From Lama glama (Eukaryota): a stretch of 64,000 bases of DNA. The notes beneath the pieces are model-generated. The model ran no database searches. It saw only the letters and a program-made list of their open reading frames with translations, and was not told where the DNA came from. Where the stretch lies: contig CM052817.1 in the NCBI GenBank assembly GCA_028534125.1, positions 103,542,001 through 103,606,000 on the forward strand. Reading direction: 5' to 3'. A program made the translations under genes and the position numbers. Below, piece by piece: positions 11,530 to 25,579 of the stretch (position 1 is the stretch's first letter; every line of letters begins with the position of its first letter).

Positions 11530-12305
11530 ATGTATACTTTCCGGACCAAAAAAGAGGAAGGGGGAAAATTTCTTGGCTTGTTTTCGAGATACACCCAATT
11601 TTTAAGCAAATCAAATTCCTGTAAGCTTATCATCAACACAGTATTCTTTCCCTTCTCCAGAAACTAACAGACACTTTCTCAACTTTTCTTCTTCACAACA
11701 CAAAGGCAGAATAATATGGGCATGGTTTTGACCTTTGAAACTGGCTTTGCCGTGGTGACCTAGCAAGTTCTTTTACTACAGACTTTCTTTTCCTACCAGC
11801 AGAATAGGAAAAATGCAGTAGTTCTAGAAATTCTCTATAAAGTATCCCAAACTCAAGGCTTGACTGTCTTGTACCTGCATAAGCAAAAGCTATCATAGCA
11901 ACACACTATGGGAGGCAGTGTTTCACAATGGAAAGGCTAACATTTTTAGAAGGATACTAGGTTTGAATCCTGGTTCAGCTACTTATTGTGTATCTTCCAG
12001 AAAAGTCATGTGCCTTTTTTTGAATCCCATTTTTATGACCTATAAATAAGAATTATAGTAACTTTTTAAAATAAGGACACCATATAAATTACACTTAATA
12101 TATGTCCACTGTTCTTGGCCAATAAGGATCTATTTATTTGAATCTGGATTGAAACATGGCCCACCCATTGCATTTGCTTAATAGTTCTCTTAAATACCTT
12201 TCAATCTAGAATAGTACTCCCCTGTCTCCACCTTTGTCCTGTAGATTATCCCAAGTTCTTTATTTGCCTATTGCTTCTTGATATAATTTATCCCTCAAGC
12301 CTTTA

Positions 12306-12390
12306 CTTTTTTAATGGAGGTACTGGGGATTGAACCCAGGACCTCAGGCATGCTAAGGACCCACTCTAACACTGAGCTATACCCTCCCCA
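12306..12390 (-). mobile_element. Vic-1-type tRNA-derived SINE with target-site duplication
   Basis: Reverse strand reads ggggagggtatagctcag...cctgggttcaatccccagtacctcc; direct repeat caagccttta at 12296-12305 and 12391-12400. Confidence 0.9.
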
Positions 12391-14479
12391 CAAGCCTTTA
12401 TTTTTCAAGCTGATTCAATCTTCCCCTCATTTAAACCTGTCAACAACTCACCAAAGTAAGTCAGGACAAGTGCTCCACCTTTTAGCTTACAATTCAGAGT
12501 CCTTCATACCTCATTATCTCCATCTGGCTATGGTACCACAAAGTACTTGGTTTTTATTTATTCATTTATTTTTTAACAGAGGTGTCATGCTCTCCTTCCT
12601 CTTTGCAACCACTCACTGCTTAGATTACTCTTTTCTCACTTCTTGGGACTGATTTTTGCTCCTTAGGGAGACTCAGCCCAAGAGAAAGGTTCTCTAGGAT
12701 GGTTTATCACTTATCAGGCACTACTAAGGCTCTTTCATTAAATCATTGATTCAGTTAAACTCTGAGAACAATCTGATGAGGAGCTATTTTCCTCGGTTAG
12801 AAGTGTAAAAGCTGAGTTTACAATCCTTTGAATACACTTATACAACATCACATTAATCGGCATAACCACTGAAACAATACTCAATCACTACGTTGTACTG
12901 CCTACTGCCCCTTCTTCATATGCCCGCAGTATTCTCTGCTTCCCTCTACTTCTATTTCAAAGCACCTTGTATTTTTCATATTTGATATGTTCACCTTTAT
13001 TCACATTTGATAACATATTCCAAAAATTTTTAAGGAGAAAAAACAGGGGCTTACTGACTCCAGCATTATAACTGAAAACAGATATAACACAAACTGAGAG
13101 GTAGCAACACCTGAGAGAACTGGGTTTGCATCCAACCGCGCCACTTAACTAGCTATATGTCCCTGCCAAATTAAAATTTCTAAGGTTCAGTTTTCTTTTC
13201 ACAAAGTGAGAAATAATACTATCTCACACTGTAATCATTAAATGAGAAAATAATGTAAGGCACATGTCACAGCACCTGGCATTTAACACACGTACGGTAA
13301 AAAGTTCTAAGACCATCTTATAAAATCTCAAAAGCTCTTAGAAATCTAGCCGAATCCACATACTTAGACCGTAACATTTCACACTTCATTACATTACATA
13401 TTACATATATACACACGTATGTATGTATATTGATTAGCATACAAAAAGCACCGATATTTAACCTAAAAGCTGCTATGTGTCCTGTAGTTGCTAAATCCTC
13501 AACGACTAGTAAAGGCATTAACTTGCACACAGTCTCTTCCAAGCCAATCTCCCTACCTGCCCATGCCACATTATGATAGCTATGAGCCAAGGCTTCGGTG
13601 ACTTCCAATCCTTGCCTAATACTTTCAAATTGGTACTTCTGAGTAGGCTAAGGAAGAAGGGGTGGGGGTGGGGGTGGGGAATGGGATTGGGGGTGGTCAG
13701 AGATTAGAAAATGGAGGCTGAAGGAAGTTTTAAGCATCTTGCCAATGTCACACAGCTAGTAAATTGCAGACCTTAACAGGAAAACCAAAATCAGAAGAAA
13801 AAAAAAAACTTTTAAGAAAGTATGTATAAAAAAGGACTCTAGCACAGTGCAAGGACTTTAAGGTACTCAAATCCAGTATTACTGTGCTTTCTTTTCCCAG
13901 CATACATACAAACCAGTCTTCCTAGCTTCTCAGAATCAAGCCCTTAAGTACACAGACCCTGAGCTGCACAGAACCAGCTTCGTATGCACTGTTACCACCC
14001 TATTTCAAGCCACCACGTCTCTCCCTGGATTACGAGCCGTTTTCTACTCCGAAACACAACGGAGCCTCCAATCAATTCCCTAACTCTGTAGCTAAACTGA
14101 TCTTTTCATATACAATATAATCCTTTCATCTTCCAATTTAAAACAATCTACTGGTCCTTTACTGTTTTAAGAAAATAGTTCTCAAACCGTAGCTGGCATC
14201 ATAACTACCTGTAAGTCTCGGCAAAAGCCTGCTAGGTCACAGGGCCACTTTCCGATCCAGCCGCCCTCGGTATTTCTAATATGTCCCCAGGGGATGCTGC
14301 GGGCCCGGGGCCACGTGTGAACCACTGCTTGGTGGGAAACAAGGCTTAAAAGACCCACCAAGGTAGGCACTGTGCGGTCATGGTACCTAAACGGTGGCCA
14401 CCACCCTACTCCCTCAGCATCCCCCGTTTTCCTCACACCAAACAGCAATTCCTTGGAAATAATGCAGCAATTCCCAAAC

Positions 14480-15060
14480 CGCGGTCCAGGGCACAGTCTC
14501 CATCACTGAGCGCCGTCCGCCACGCCCGCACCCCCGCAGTCTGAGGAGGCCCCGCGGTCTGGCGCCGGGAGACGCCCAGCGAAGCCCCGCTCAGCGAAGC
14601 CCCCTCGGCCCTTCCTCTCGCCCTCCCGGCTCACCTGAAGCAAGCGGCCCGACTCTCTCCAGCCCGCGACTGTGAGGAGCCTCGAGGCGCAGAACGCAGG
14701 GCGCAGGCCTCACGCCCCAGAGCGGCCGGTCTCAGGAAATGGCGCGCACCGGGCGGGCGGTGATTGGCGGTTCCCACAGAAACGGGCGGGGGTGGGCCTG
14801 CGCATGCTCAGTGACGGGGCGGGAGCCCAGGACGAGCCCCTGAGCCTGGGGGATGGGGGGGGGTTTCCAAAGTGATCGGGCCGATGTTGGCTTCTGCCGA
14901 TCATCTGGTTCCCAGTGGGGCCTTTTCACGTTATTACTGCTTTGAGTCCCGTGAGCACGGTGAGTGTCAAAGTCAGGTTGTGGTAGCTGTCAAAAGCGTC
15001 ACCGCCATCTCCTAACCGTTTCTGGTGGTCTGGGGTCACAGGGTGCCGCAGGGTAGGAGT
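14480..15060. promoter_or_regulatory. CpG-island promoter and non-coding exon 1 of the TRIM61-like gene
   Basis: Dense CpG; GC boxes at about 14751, 14783 and 14816; CCAAT (attgg 14763-14767); NRF1-like tgcgcatgctca 14799-14810; strong minus-strand donor CAG|GTGAGC with the exon ending at 14635. Confidence 0.75.
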
Positions 15061-16029
15061 GGTTTGGTTTCGGAGAACAGGCATCTCCAGGATCAGTTGC
15101 CTCAGGGTGGGTGACTGGGTGGGTCTGCCCCGCCCTGCACATTGAGTCCGGTCTGGACTTGTGCTCCCTGAGACCTCTCCTGAGGAAGTGACGGGGGTGC
15201 GGTAGAATTTGAAGAGTGAATTTAGTTAGTTGAAGTGAAGGGTAAAGTGGTCAAGGATTAATAGAGGAGCCAGCGAGGAGGCCATCAAGGCTGAGGAACT
15301 TGGTACCTGATGCAGGAGCGAGGTTGGTGTGGCTGGCACCTGGGCGGAGCAGGGAGGTGCAGAAAGCAGGAAAGGTGAGAAACGGCCTTCAGGAAGCTGG
15401 GGAGATGGGCGAGAAACACTGCTGCAAGACCTTTCAGTCAAAGGTAAAGAGTTTGGTCTTTATTAAGTGCAAAGGAAATCTAGTGAAGCATTTTTAACCA
15501 TTAACGTGATATAATAATATTTGAATCTTGAAAGAATGGCCATGATTCATGAAACAGGTCTTTGAGTGCCTTTAAGAGATCCAAGAAGTCGTGCGTGGCG
15601 GGCAGGTAAATACAGGTGCAGGTTAGAGAATCCTCAACAGATACTGTGAAAGTTGTGGTCCCTAAACATTTTGAATTGCTGGTGGCAGCAGCTTCCCCTC
15701 TTTTTGTTCTTTTACTGTGGGGTGAGTATACGGTTTTAATTTAAATACTCTAAGATACAAAATAATTACTATATTATCATTCCTATTCACAGTTGATGAC
15801 ATACAAAATTCCTTAAGAAGGGAACTTTTTCCTTTTGATACTGAATCCTGAAAGGTTGACCCTGCTTTGCAGGGTACAGCAAAATTCAACAGGATGGGGC
15901 CAGTTTACCTATAAGTGCTAATTAACCTGAAGAGTTCATTGTTATACACTGAATCCTTCCTCTGGACCCATGGCTTTTAAGAATGACCGTTGTCTTCCCG
16001 ACAAACTACTTCAGAAGTTATCTGGCTTT

Positions 16030-16557
16030 TGTTACCGAGCCCAAACTCATTCTGCTCTCTGCTCGACAGGCCAGGAAATCCAGAGATGAGGTGTTGGGAC
16101 AAGGAATAGCAACTTTATCCAGAAAGCTGGCAGACCAATAAGATGGCAGACTAATGTCCTGGAGAACCATCCTACTCAAGTCAGAATTCAGGCTCCTTTT
16201 ATACTAAAAAGGGGAGGGGTTGGTTGTTGCAAACTTCTTGGTGTAGGAATTTTTTGTTCTTGGAATCCTTTGTTCTTGAAGCTGTCCACCTGGATCTGGT
16301 CACGGTGCCCTTGTGAAACTGCCAGCAAAACATGACACTTTCTTTTCTGCAACTTGTTCTCTTTATATAAGTGCAAAAGTGTTAATATCCTTAAAAGTTA
16401 GAGCCTTGAGAATGGACTGTTCTGTATATTTCAGGCTATAGGCAACATTCTTTAACAAAAGGTGCAGAACCAGCAAGACAGCCTAGAAAACAGGGCACAG
16501 GGTTAAAGTCAAAGGAACAAATCTAATATGGTGTCAGATTTGTTCTTTTCTATTACA
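16030..16557 (-). mobile_element. Solo ERV1-type LTR, family A
   Basis: TG...CA termini; reverse-complement homologue of the copies at 44959-45460 and 61165-61701; TATAAAA on the minus strand at 16197-16203. Confidence 0.85.
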
Positions 16558-17339
16558 ATTTTACCCCCTTACACCTTCTTTGTAGAACTAAAGCTGTTCT
16601 AAATTTATCAGTTTCTCAACCAAGGAATATTGTTTTATGCGTGTTGCTCTCTGGGATGCTTTATAGTCTTGAGCTCTGGGTGCTTCATCTTGTTTTAGCA
16701 GGTTGCTCTTCCAATGCCTGCCCTTCACACATATACATAAAGGCTTGCAAAGGCACATGACAAGCTTTTTATATGTAGTGTGGAACATATATATGTATGT
16801 GTATATATATGAATACACACATGCATCTATATCTATAGATATAGATATCTATATATGCACATATACATGAATTTATGTGTATATTCATCTAAATGCCTAT
16901 TTCTGTTTCCTACAAAAGTGAGATTTAGAGGGAGCAGGTCTAAGTGTCTCATTTTGTTTTGTATCATTTGTAAAGCTTTAAAAAAAATTTTAATTAAACA
17001 ATTAAAAAAATTTAAATTTAAAACAAAACAACACTAAAATATATGGACTTTGCTATTTGAAAAGAACTTTTTAAAGAAAAAAAGCCAAGTTCTTTTGATA
17101 CAATTATTTTTAGAATAAGTATTCTGCGTAAGTATGATAGTAAATAAAAGAAAGAATTTTATGCAGGTACTTTTTTCTCTTCTTAAAAATAAGTAAACAG
17201 AATGATTTTCAAAAGTCCTTGAAAAGAAAGGAGAGAAAGTTGAGAGGGACTGAATTCAGACTTTGTTAATACAGAGAAGTACACAGGTCTCTGTTTAAGT
17301 AAGCTGAAGTGGTCATCACTACACCATCTGCTTCCATGA

Positions 17340-17890
17340 GGTTCCCAACACAGGTTCCCACGCCTGACGCACAGTGAGGCCAAACCAAAACGTTTGGAGC
17401 AGAGAAAGGTTTATTATAGGGCCAAGCGAGGGGAACAGGTGCTGTGCTCAAAAAACCCAGAACGCCCCAATGGTTTGGGGGAGAAATTTTTATAGCCAAA
17501 ACGTGGAGGGGAGAGCTGCAGGGTGTGGGACTTTCTTCTCATAGGTTAGTGGTGAGGTCACAGGGCTGTGCTCCAGGAATCTTGTGCTCAGACTGAAGTT
17601 ACCATCCTCCACCTGGGTGGGGCCTTGGTTCCTGCAGAAGCGATTGTTGTGTATATTCCTTCTGAAGCAGCCAGGATCCTGCCTCCTCATTGCACTGTTG
17701 TTTCTTGAGTGCTCCTCCCTTGTTTCTGCATTCCCTCACTTTCCTGATTAGCAACTGTTTGAATCTGCCCTTTGGTACTCATAGAAGGAAGGTCTAAGAA
17801 GCTGAAGCCTTTTTTCCTACAAACAAGAAATAAGGGACATGGAAAGGACCTGCACCTAAGAGGGCCCCACAGGGTTGTTCTCAAGTTTCA
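17340..17890 (-). mobile_element. Solo ERV LTR, family B
   Basis: Shares gaggccaaac...ttggagcagag.aaggtt with 57619-58092; ends gtttca; minus-strand AATAAA at 17410-17415; left boundary approximate. Confidence 0.75.
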
Positions 17891-18794
17891 GAGGCATAAA
17901 CCCATGGAGCAAAAATTTTTCTTCGTTTTTTAGTTGCAGATCAGGAACCTTTTTTATTCTATTATAAAATAGGTGACTTTAATAAGTTGTTTAAAACTCC
18001 ACTTATATCCTAGTGCTTAAGAGCTCATTTGGAAGGTACTTGGCTTTGTATTCCAACTATATCAGTTTACTAGCTGTGTGACTTCAGGTTACTCTCATTT
18101 TCTTAGTTCCTGTTTTCTCATCTAACGATGGGCTAAGTGGTACTTAATCCCATAAGGTTATTGAGAAACCACTTTGCAAAGGCTAGACCCCTTCTTTTTT
18201 CTCTCCCTTCCTTACTAACAAGTGTTCTCTTTAAATTAAATTAAAACTAAATAATGAAAAAGAAAGAAAGGCTCAGACATTCCAAAATCAGAACTCCAAA
18301 AATCATGGTATGAGTAAGTCATGTACAATCTCATCACAGGAAAGAATATTTAGAAAACATCATTAAAAAAAAAATCATATTGCAAGTTTAGAACTTTTTC
18401 ATTTTTCAAAGCTAATATTATTAAAAGATTTTTTCCAAATGCTGAAGAATTGGAAATATTTTTGTTTTGTTTGTAGTATTTGAACTTTCCATGACACTTG
18501 AGTCTCAGTTTATACAAGTCATATTTAGTTAAGTGTAACTGTTTGAGTTATGGAACACAAAAGCTTTGTGTACAATGCACTGGAAGAAGATAGTTTGCAA
18601 ACTGACATACTAACACACCCTTACAGGAAACATTCCATTAAAAATAGAAAAACTGAGAAATGGCTATATACCAATATATTTTTTGCTCTTACTCAATACC
18701 AAGTTAAAAACGTTTTTAAGCAAAAAACAACTAACCAACAATAACTTCTGGACTCCAGAAGACACCAGCAGTCAACTTCTCAACAGTGAGACTT

Positions 18795-18875
18795 TGGGGT
18801 TTTTGTTTTGTTTTGGGGGGCGGTAATTAGGGTATTTATTTTTTGTTACCACTTGAGCTATATATACCCTCCAAC
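18795..18875 (-). mobile_element. Internally deleted Vic-1-type SINE
   Basis: SINE tail (ggtaattagg) and head (tgagctata..ccctcc) flanked by the 14-bp direct repeat caacagtgagactt at 18781-18794 and 18876-18889. Confidence 0.75.
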
Positions 18876-20859
18876 AACAGTGAGACTTGATAAGGGCCTG
18901 GTTACCTGATAATATTTACTATCCTTTAATTCTTAAGGAAAAATCATAGAGATGAACAGATATTTCTAAACATATAGGACAAAAATTTCACCTCCCCCCA
19001 TAATATTCACAGTAATAGGGAATTCCAGAATAGAAATATTGTTATAGTAAAAATCCTTATAGGTAACAAAATGTATGTTTTGTTCTAAAACAAGTTAAAG
19101 TTGTTTACAAAATTTGAGTATCGTCAGAAGCTCCATGCAGTTCACATATATTATAATCTTAGATTCCTCATTTACATAAAATAACTAATATGAAGGATGC
19201 TGAAACCCCCACAGTGAGACAAAGGCAGCATCTGCTTCCAGCCACAGCCATCAGTGAGGAGGAAGCACACAGATATACAAGATCACCTCCTCACATGCTT
19301 TATGATGGCTTTATGCTTATTCTGTGGGTAAATGTAAGGACAGATAAGCTTTAAGAAACTCCCAAGTTAAAAATTTTGAAGGATATTATACGACCTCTTA
19401 CATTGCAAGTGCCACAAAACAGTTGATATAAGATACTATGAGAACTTGCAAAAATAAGAGTATTGTAATCTTCCAAAAGGTAGAGAGTCAGGAGATGGTG
19501 TAGGTAGTTCTTATACGTTCTAGTGTACAATCAGATGACAAATTTCCAGAGGTGGTTGACAGGGGCCAGAGCCTCAAATTATCAACCACATTATCTCTTA
19601 CCAAGACTCCTCAAAATCCAATTATATAATTTTATAGTAGGGTGAGAGCTTAGATATAAAAAGAAGCCAGGGCTAGAATCCAGTGTTCTGTCCATGATCA
19701 CCCTGGCCAGGTGGAAGCCAATCATGGAAGATGGGATATAGATCCAGAGTTTAGGGAGTGAAGTCATTTGGTGATGTGAGAACAAAGGGAAGAAAAGGAG
19801 GGCTGGAACTAAGGGTCCAATGTCCTAAGACAAGCTCTAGTTACTGACAGGATGACAGCTAGTTTACTAATTTTTAACTTTTGCCTCAGGCTCTGACATG
19901 GCTCAGATCCTGTATTTACCTAAAGTTTGATATTTTGCTCATCATGCATTGTTTGGTGTTTAATTTTTTTACATGGCATTAAAAGATACACATTACTATA
20001 TATAAAATAAGTAAACAACAAGGACCTACCATGTAGCACAGGGAACTACATTCAGTTTCTTGTAATGAGCTGTAATGGAAAAGAATCTGAAAAAATATAT
20101 ATGTATGTATAACTGAATCACTTTGCTTTACACCTGAAGCTAATATTTTAAATCAGCTACATTTCATTATATTTAAGAAAGGCATTAAAAAATGGTGTTA
20201 CTTATCTGGATTACTGAGGTTTTGGGCACACTGTTAAATGTTGCGCCTACTTATTCAAGTACTGGCCCTGGGAAAGAGTGAAAATGGTGAAGGGACCAAA
20301 GCCTTCACTGATTTCACAAAATTTGGAAGGGACTGGGCCAGGAAAGAAGGGATCAACATTTACAACTCTTCTTTGATCCACTACTCTGCTCCACTTCAGT
20401 GACTCATCCCATAGCCCCAAATTGTGGTGGCACCATTATTTCTGGTCCCCTCAACCATCTTGATGAAACGATATAAAATTTTTCCTTTGTGTTCTGAAAA
20501 TGCTAGAAATTGCAAAGAACTTTTAATAGAAAAAAGAATAAAACAAACACCAAATCACAAAGAAGGTAAAGTACACATAGTTTAACACTCCTCTGGTCTC
20601 CCCCTCCAACTTGCCAGTGAAAAAAATATGGCTCCATTGCCATGGACTTGTTCTGGTGTGCCACCTTCAGCAAATGTGTCACTGATTGTTGAGAGACTCT
20701 TTGCCTTTCCTCTGATAATCTTGAGTGAGGTAAAAGATCTGCAGTGGCAGGGTACGATCAGTCTTAAAAAGGAACAATGGAAACAGAGACAAGTATCAGG
20801 AACACATCTACCATACTGTGTTCAACAATCTGAATGTTTCTTATACAAGTAAGGACAAC

Positions 20860-22535
20860 TAGAACTCAGATCACTGAGTGTTTTATTGAACAGTTATTGA
20901 AATTATATGAGCAGATGTGCATAACCATTTAACTACCTTACAATGGGAGGGGTGGTTTTTAACTTTTTCTGTGAATATGGGAACCTGTACTTGCAAAAGT
21001 GTAGGCTTGTAGTCCATGAAATATACCTGAACTGTATATTGTTTTTTTTCTCTTTTTGTACAAATTACATAAATAAGTACATACATGTTTTAAATATAAT
21101 TGTAAATGGCTTGTGTTTCTACTGAAATGCACTTGTGTAAAGGAATTATAATTCATCCAGAAATCATTTAGAGTTTCCCCAAAATATCCAATTTAAATAA
21201 TGAAATAACATGTTTCATAAAACATCTTTTGTGTGTGAATTTAATTACAGTACTTTGTATAATCACCTCCCATTGCAAAAGACACTGTTAAGAAGCTATG
21301 AAAGGGAGACAAACATTCATGATGTCAGAATTTCTATTTCAAATTCTTCATACATTAATCCCAATCTTTTATTTTAGCCAAATAAGAGATAATGGTTTAT
21401 GGCTCTAGAATGTTTATAAAGTAAAATTTCTAGTCAAGACATGAGTGTGTAAATTTCATATCTGGAATTATCTTAACTGTAAAATAATAAAAACTTTATG
21501 GCACTGAGCTAAACAGTCTTTGAATAAATACAAATTAAGAGCATATTTAACAACTTTGGAACAACTGATTATCATATTAATACAGTTCAGACAGGATAGT
21601 TTCCTTCTTAGGTAATCAAATATTTAAATTCCTTCTGATTTTTTATTTACACGTCTCATCACAAGTTGAATAACATCAAAACAAAGCCTAGCAGAGTGCT
21701 GAGCACTCATGTGTTAGAGACAGACCCTGCCCTGCTTGAGACTTCATTGGCATAGGTGTATTTTAAATGTCAGTTTTAAGTTGGCTTTTCTAAGAAGCTG
21801 TCGACACAAATGAATTAAGGACATAAAACAGAACTTCAAAGGAAATCAAACATTGGTTTCTTATGACTACATGTGGAGAAACAGGTTTTTGAAATGAACA
21901 TTTCAGTTATAATATAAAATGAACTACAAGTATTTCAGACTTTGTTTTACAACTTTAAGTGGGTATTATTCAAAGTAAAAATAATGTACATAAACATTAA
22001 AGCCTATTATATAAAATCGGTAGAAATTAGTAACTTTTTTCTTAGTCTCTCTATATAATCAACGAACCAATTATTTTCTCTCTAAACTTTAAAGTCAAAT
22101 AGTCAATGGAATTGATTTCAGATGTAGAATAAAAAGAAAATCACTCAAACATATATAAAGTAATTTTAATGCCTTTGGAAAACAATAGGAATGTAAAAGA
22201 ACAATTTTAAACTCTTGCACATTTTACTATCAGAGAGTTCTAAGACATTAAAACAGTTTTTCTTCTCAACTCAGGTAAGAATAATAATGTGCAGAAGAAG
22301 AGAGAATTTTGTTATGCAAGCAAATAAATATACTTCAAACTGGACTGCTTTTGAATTTATGTTATTTTGCCTCTAAAGAGAAACCAGGAAGAAGAGAATC
22401 CTGTGAAGCTAATCAAACATCCCAGGTGCTTTCAAACAACTCCTTTTCGTCCAGGAACTTCTAAGCAATCACACAATTACATCTTTTCCTTCACTCTTCT
22501 TCTGACAGACCCGGTGAGGTTAGACAGAAAAAACC
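20860..22535 (-). other. APELA: APELA exon 3 (non-coding 3'UTR)
   Basis: Acceptor gtttctcttttgcttccaaatacag| with the exon starting at 22535. Following sequence (gtgattgcttagaagttcct...tttgaaagcacctgg...ttagcttcacaggatt...aaaataacataaattcaaaag) resembles the human APELA 3'UTR as I recall it. AT-rich and repeat-free, with AATAAA at 20882-20887. The 3' end is inferred. Confidence 0.7.
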
Positions 22536-22874
22536 CTGTATTTGGAAGCAAAAGAGAAACAAACGTAATAATAAATGCTATGCAGCAGACCAGTTTACTC
22601 ATGCTTAATTTCTTTTTATACCCATTGAGTTACGAAAATTTACCAGGTTTTTCAGTGCTGAAAGATATTTTCTTACCTTTCAATATAAATATAGCAACTA
22701 TATTTCTTAAAAGTTTCAATTTATACAATTAGAGGGTTTTTTTTTTTTACATTAAATGATTGTTCCCCTAATAATCTTCACTTCTCAATGACCTACATTG
22801 ATAGTCTCAACTATTTTTCTTAATACTTTGGGGTTTTAATTTTTTTTAATTTTTAAAATTTATTTATTTATTTC

Positions 22875-23409
<535 letters not shown>

Positions 23410-24199
23410 TTATTTATATTTTGCATAATGTAAAATTCTACTAAATAAAGCAGCTTGGCAAAAACAAAACAAAACAAAAAAACACATTCATTCTGTCCTG
23501 TAAGTGAAAGCACTCATCTTTTCTCTCTGGAAGGAAGTTCTAGGTCTCTCTTTATTGCCTGACTTTGATCATGACCATGGACGGCAATAGTCAATCTAGA
23601 ATGGTATGGTTCAACGTTTGTTTCCAGTCTTTCTTTGCTTGCTTTTTATATTCTCCAGTTTAGAGTTTGGCATTGTCTTCTCTGCTGTCAGAACATTAAG
23701 CTGTCCACTATGTTGGAATAATGTTTTCCTCATTCTGTTTTACTGTCTTTTGAAGATCATCATTCTTTTCTTTTACAATTTCAATGTCTCAAAATATTCA
23801 TTTTCCTTTTCTTGGTTCTGATTTTTTGTTTCTCTTTCTTGTTTCAGCCTGACAGTTTCTTTCTGCAACATGTGGGTTTTATGCAACAGGTCTTTTTCAT
23901 GACTATGAGAAACCTCAGCACTCCTTTCCTTATTAGCCATTTCTGTCTCCTTTTGTTTGGAAAGGTGATTGGCCAGGATTTCATCTTGTAATATTTTGCA
24001 TTCTGCTCTCGAGAACGTTGCCTCTGAGAGTCATTTCACTTTTCTACAACCTGATTTGGATTATTTCTTATACCCTTCAGTTCCATTTCCAGGGCTCGGA
24101 GAGTGAGTTCAAGCTGCTGCTTCATTTCAGCTTCTTCACTATATCGCCCTTCTTTTCTTCTTAAATGCTCCCTAGTTTTTTCATCTAACTTGGTATTTC

Positions 24200-24720
24200 T
24201 CCTCTTCTCTTTCTCTTGTTTTATGGTGAATCTGACTCAGAACAAGGCCTGCTATTTGATATTCTTCTGGATATTTATCTTGTTTGTTTGTAACATATTC
24301 CTCCATCTCCTCATTTTGCCTGATTCTCTGTGTTTATTTCTATGTCTTAGGTAAGTATGTTACATTTCCCAATCTTGGAGAAGTGGCCTTATGTAGACGA
24401 CATCCTATGGGGCCCAGCAGCACACTCCTCTCTGTCACCAGAGTCATGTGCTCTAGTGTGCCCCCTAGATTGGTTGTGTGGGCTCTTCTGTGGGTGTGTT
24501 GGTAGGTGGCTTCAGCCCACAGCCCGACTGGCTGCCAAGCCCTGCCTCATGTAGTGGCTGCCAGTCCACTGGTGGGTAGGGCCAGGTCATGGTGAGGCTA
24601 GGTATGTGGCCTGGGGTCCCAGGGCTTGTGCCAGCCATTGGGTGTTTGGGGCTGGGTACCAGCATGGCTGCCTGTGTGTCCAAGGGAGTCCTGGGGCTGG
24701 TCCTAGGCAGTTTGTTTTGA
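24200..24720 (-). mobile_element. Old LINE-1 5' region fragment
   Basis: cttggagaagtggccttatgtag...cctatggggcccagcagcacactcctctctg resembles L1M 5' sequence; boundaries approximate. Confidence 0.55.
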
Positions 24721-25238
24721 ACACCTCCCAAAGACATGAAAGCAGCCTCTTGCTTTATTTCTAGAAACTTCTACCTCCTTCATTTTTCATTTACCTGACA
24801 GTCATGATGGGGTGTTAACTATAATTAATTTAGCAGCAAGAATATGCAGTATGCCTCTTCTAGGAGTCATCTCTCAACTCAGACTGCCAAAAATTTGAAC
24901 ATAATGAGATGGGTTTTTTTGCTTATGAGACAGGCAGACTAAAAGTATTGATGATACTCAGTTTTGGGAAGAGTATGGGGAATAGACATTCTCATTACTT
25001 GTTATTGGAAATGCAATGTGGTGAAGCTTTTCTAGACAGCAATTTGCCACTAAGTACCAATGTTTAAAATATACATAACCTGGAGGGTTACTTAAAGTGG
25101 TGATATGAAGAACTCTGTGGTCCCTGTTCCCTGTGAATCAACCGTAGCTGGTGAAAATTATTATTATTATTTGTAATATTTAAAGCCTCTGGAAATTGTT
25201 CTAAGAGAATAGAGCAAACAGAGAAACATTTATTCAGG

Positions 25239-25490
25239 TGCTATAGGATGGATGTTTGTTTTCCCCCAAAATTCATATGTTGAAACCTAATTTCCAATGG
25301 ATAGGGGCCTTTGGGAGGTTATTAGGTCATGAAGGTGGAGCCCTCGTGATTGGGATTAGTACCCTTACAATGTAGAACCCACAGAGCTCCCTTCCCTTAC
25401 CACCATGTGAAGACACAATAAGACGACCATCCATGAACAAAGAAGTAGGCTCACACCAGACATTGAATCTGTTGGTGCCTTGTTCTTGGG
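25239..25490 (+). mobile_element. MaLR (MLT1A/MST-like) LTR fragment
   Basis: cccccaaaattcatatgttgaaacctaa...ggggcctttgggaggttattaggtcatgaaggtggagccctc. Confidence 0.8.
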
Positions 25491-25579
25491 TTGGGTAGTA
25501 CAGTGGTACTTATTTAGTGAAAAAAAAAATCCACATAAGTGGACCTTCACAATTCAAACCTGTGTTATTCAAGGGTCCA

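Noticed and set aside
16780..16870. 22-bp perfect palindrome atctatatctatagatatagat at 16825-16846
   Set aside because: Lies in TA-rich low-complexity sequence where such palindromes arise by chance.
22367..22732. 121-aa plus-strand ORF
   Set aside because: TTG start, no recognisable domain, and it lies antisense across the APELA exon 3 acceptor.
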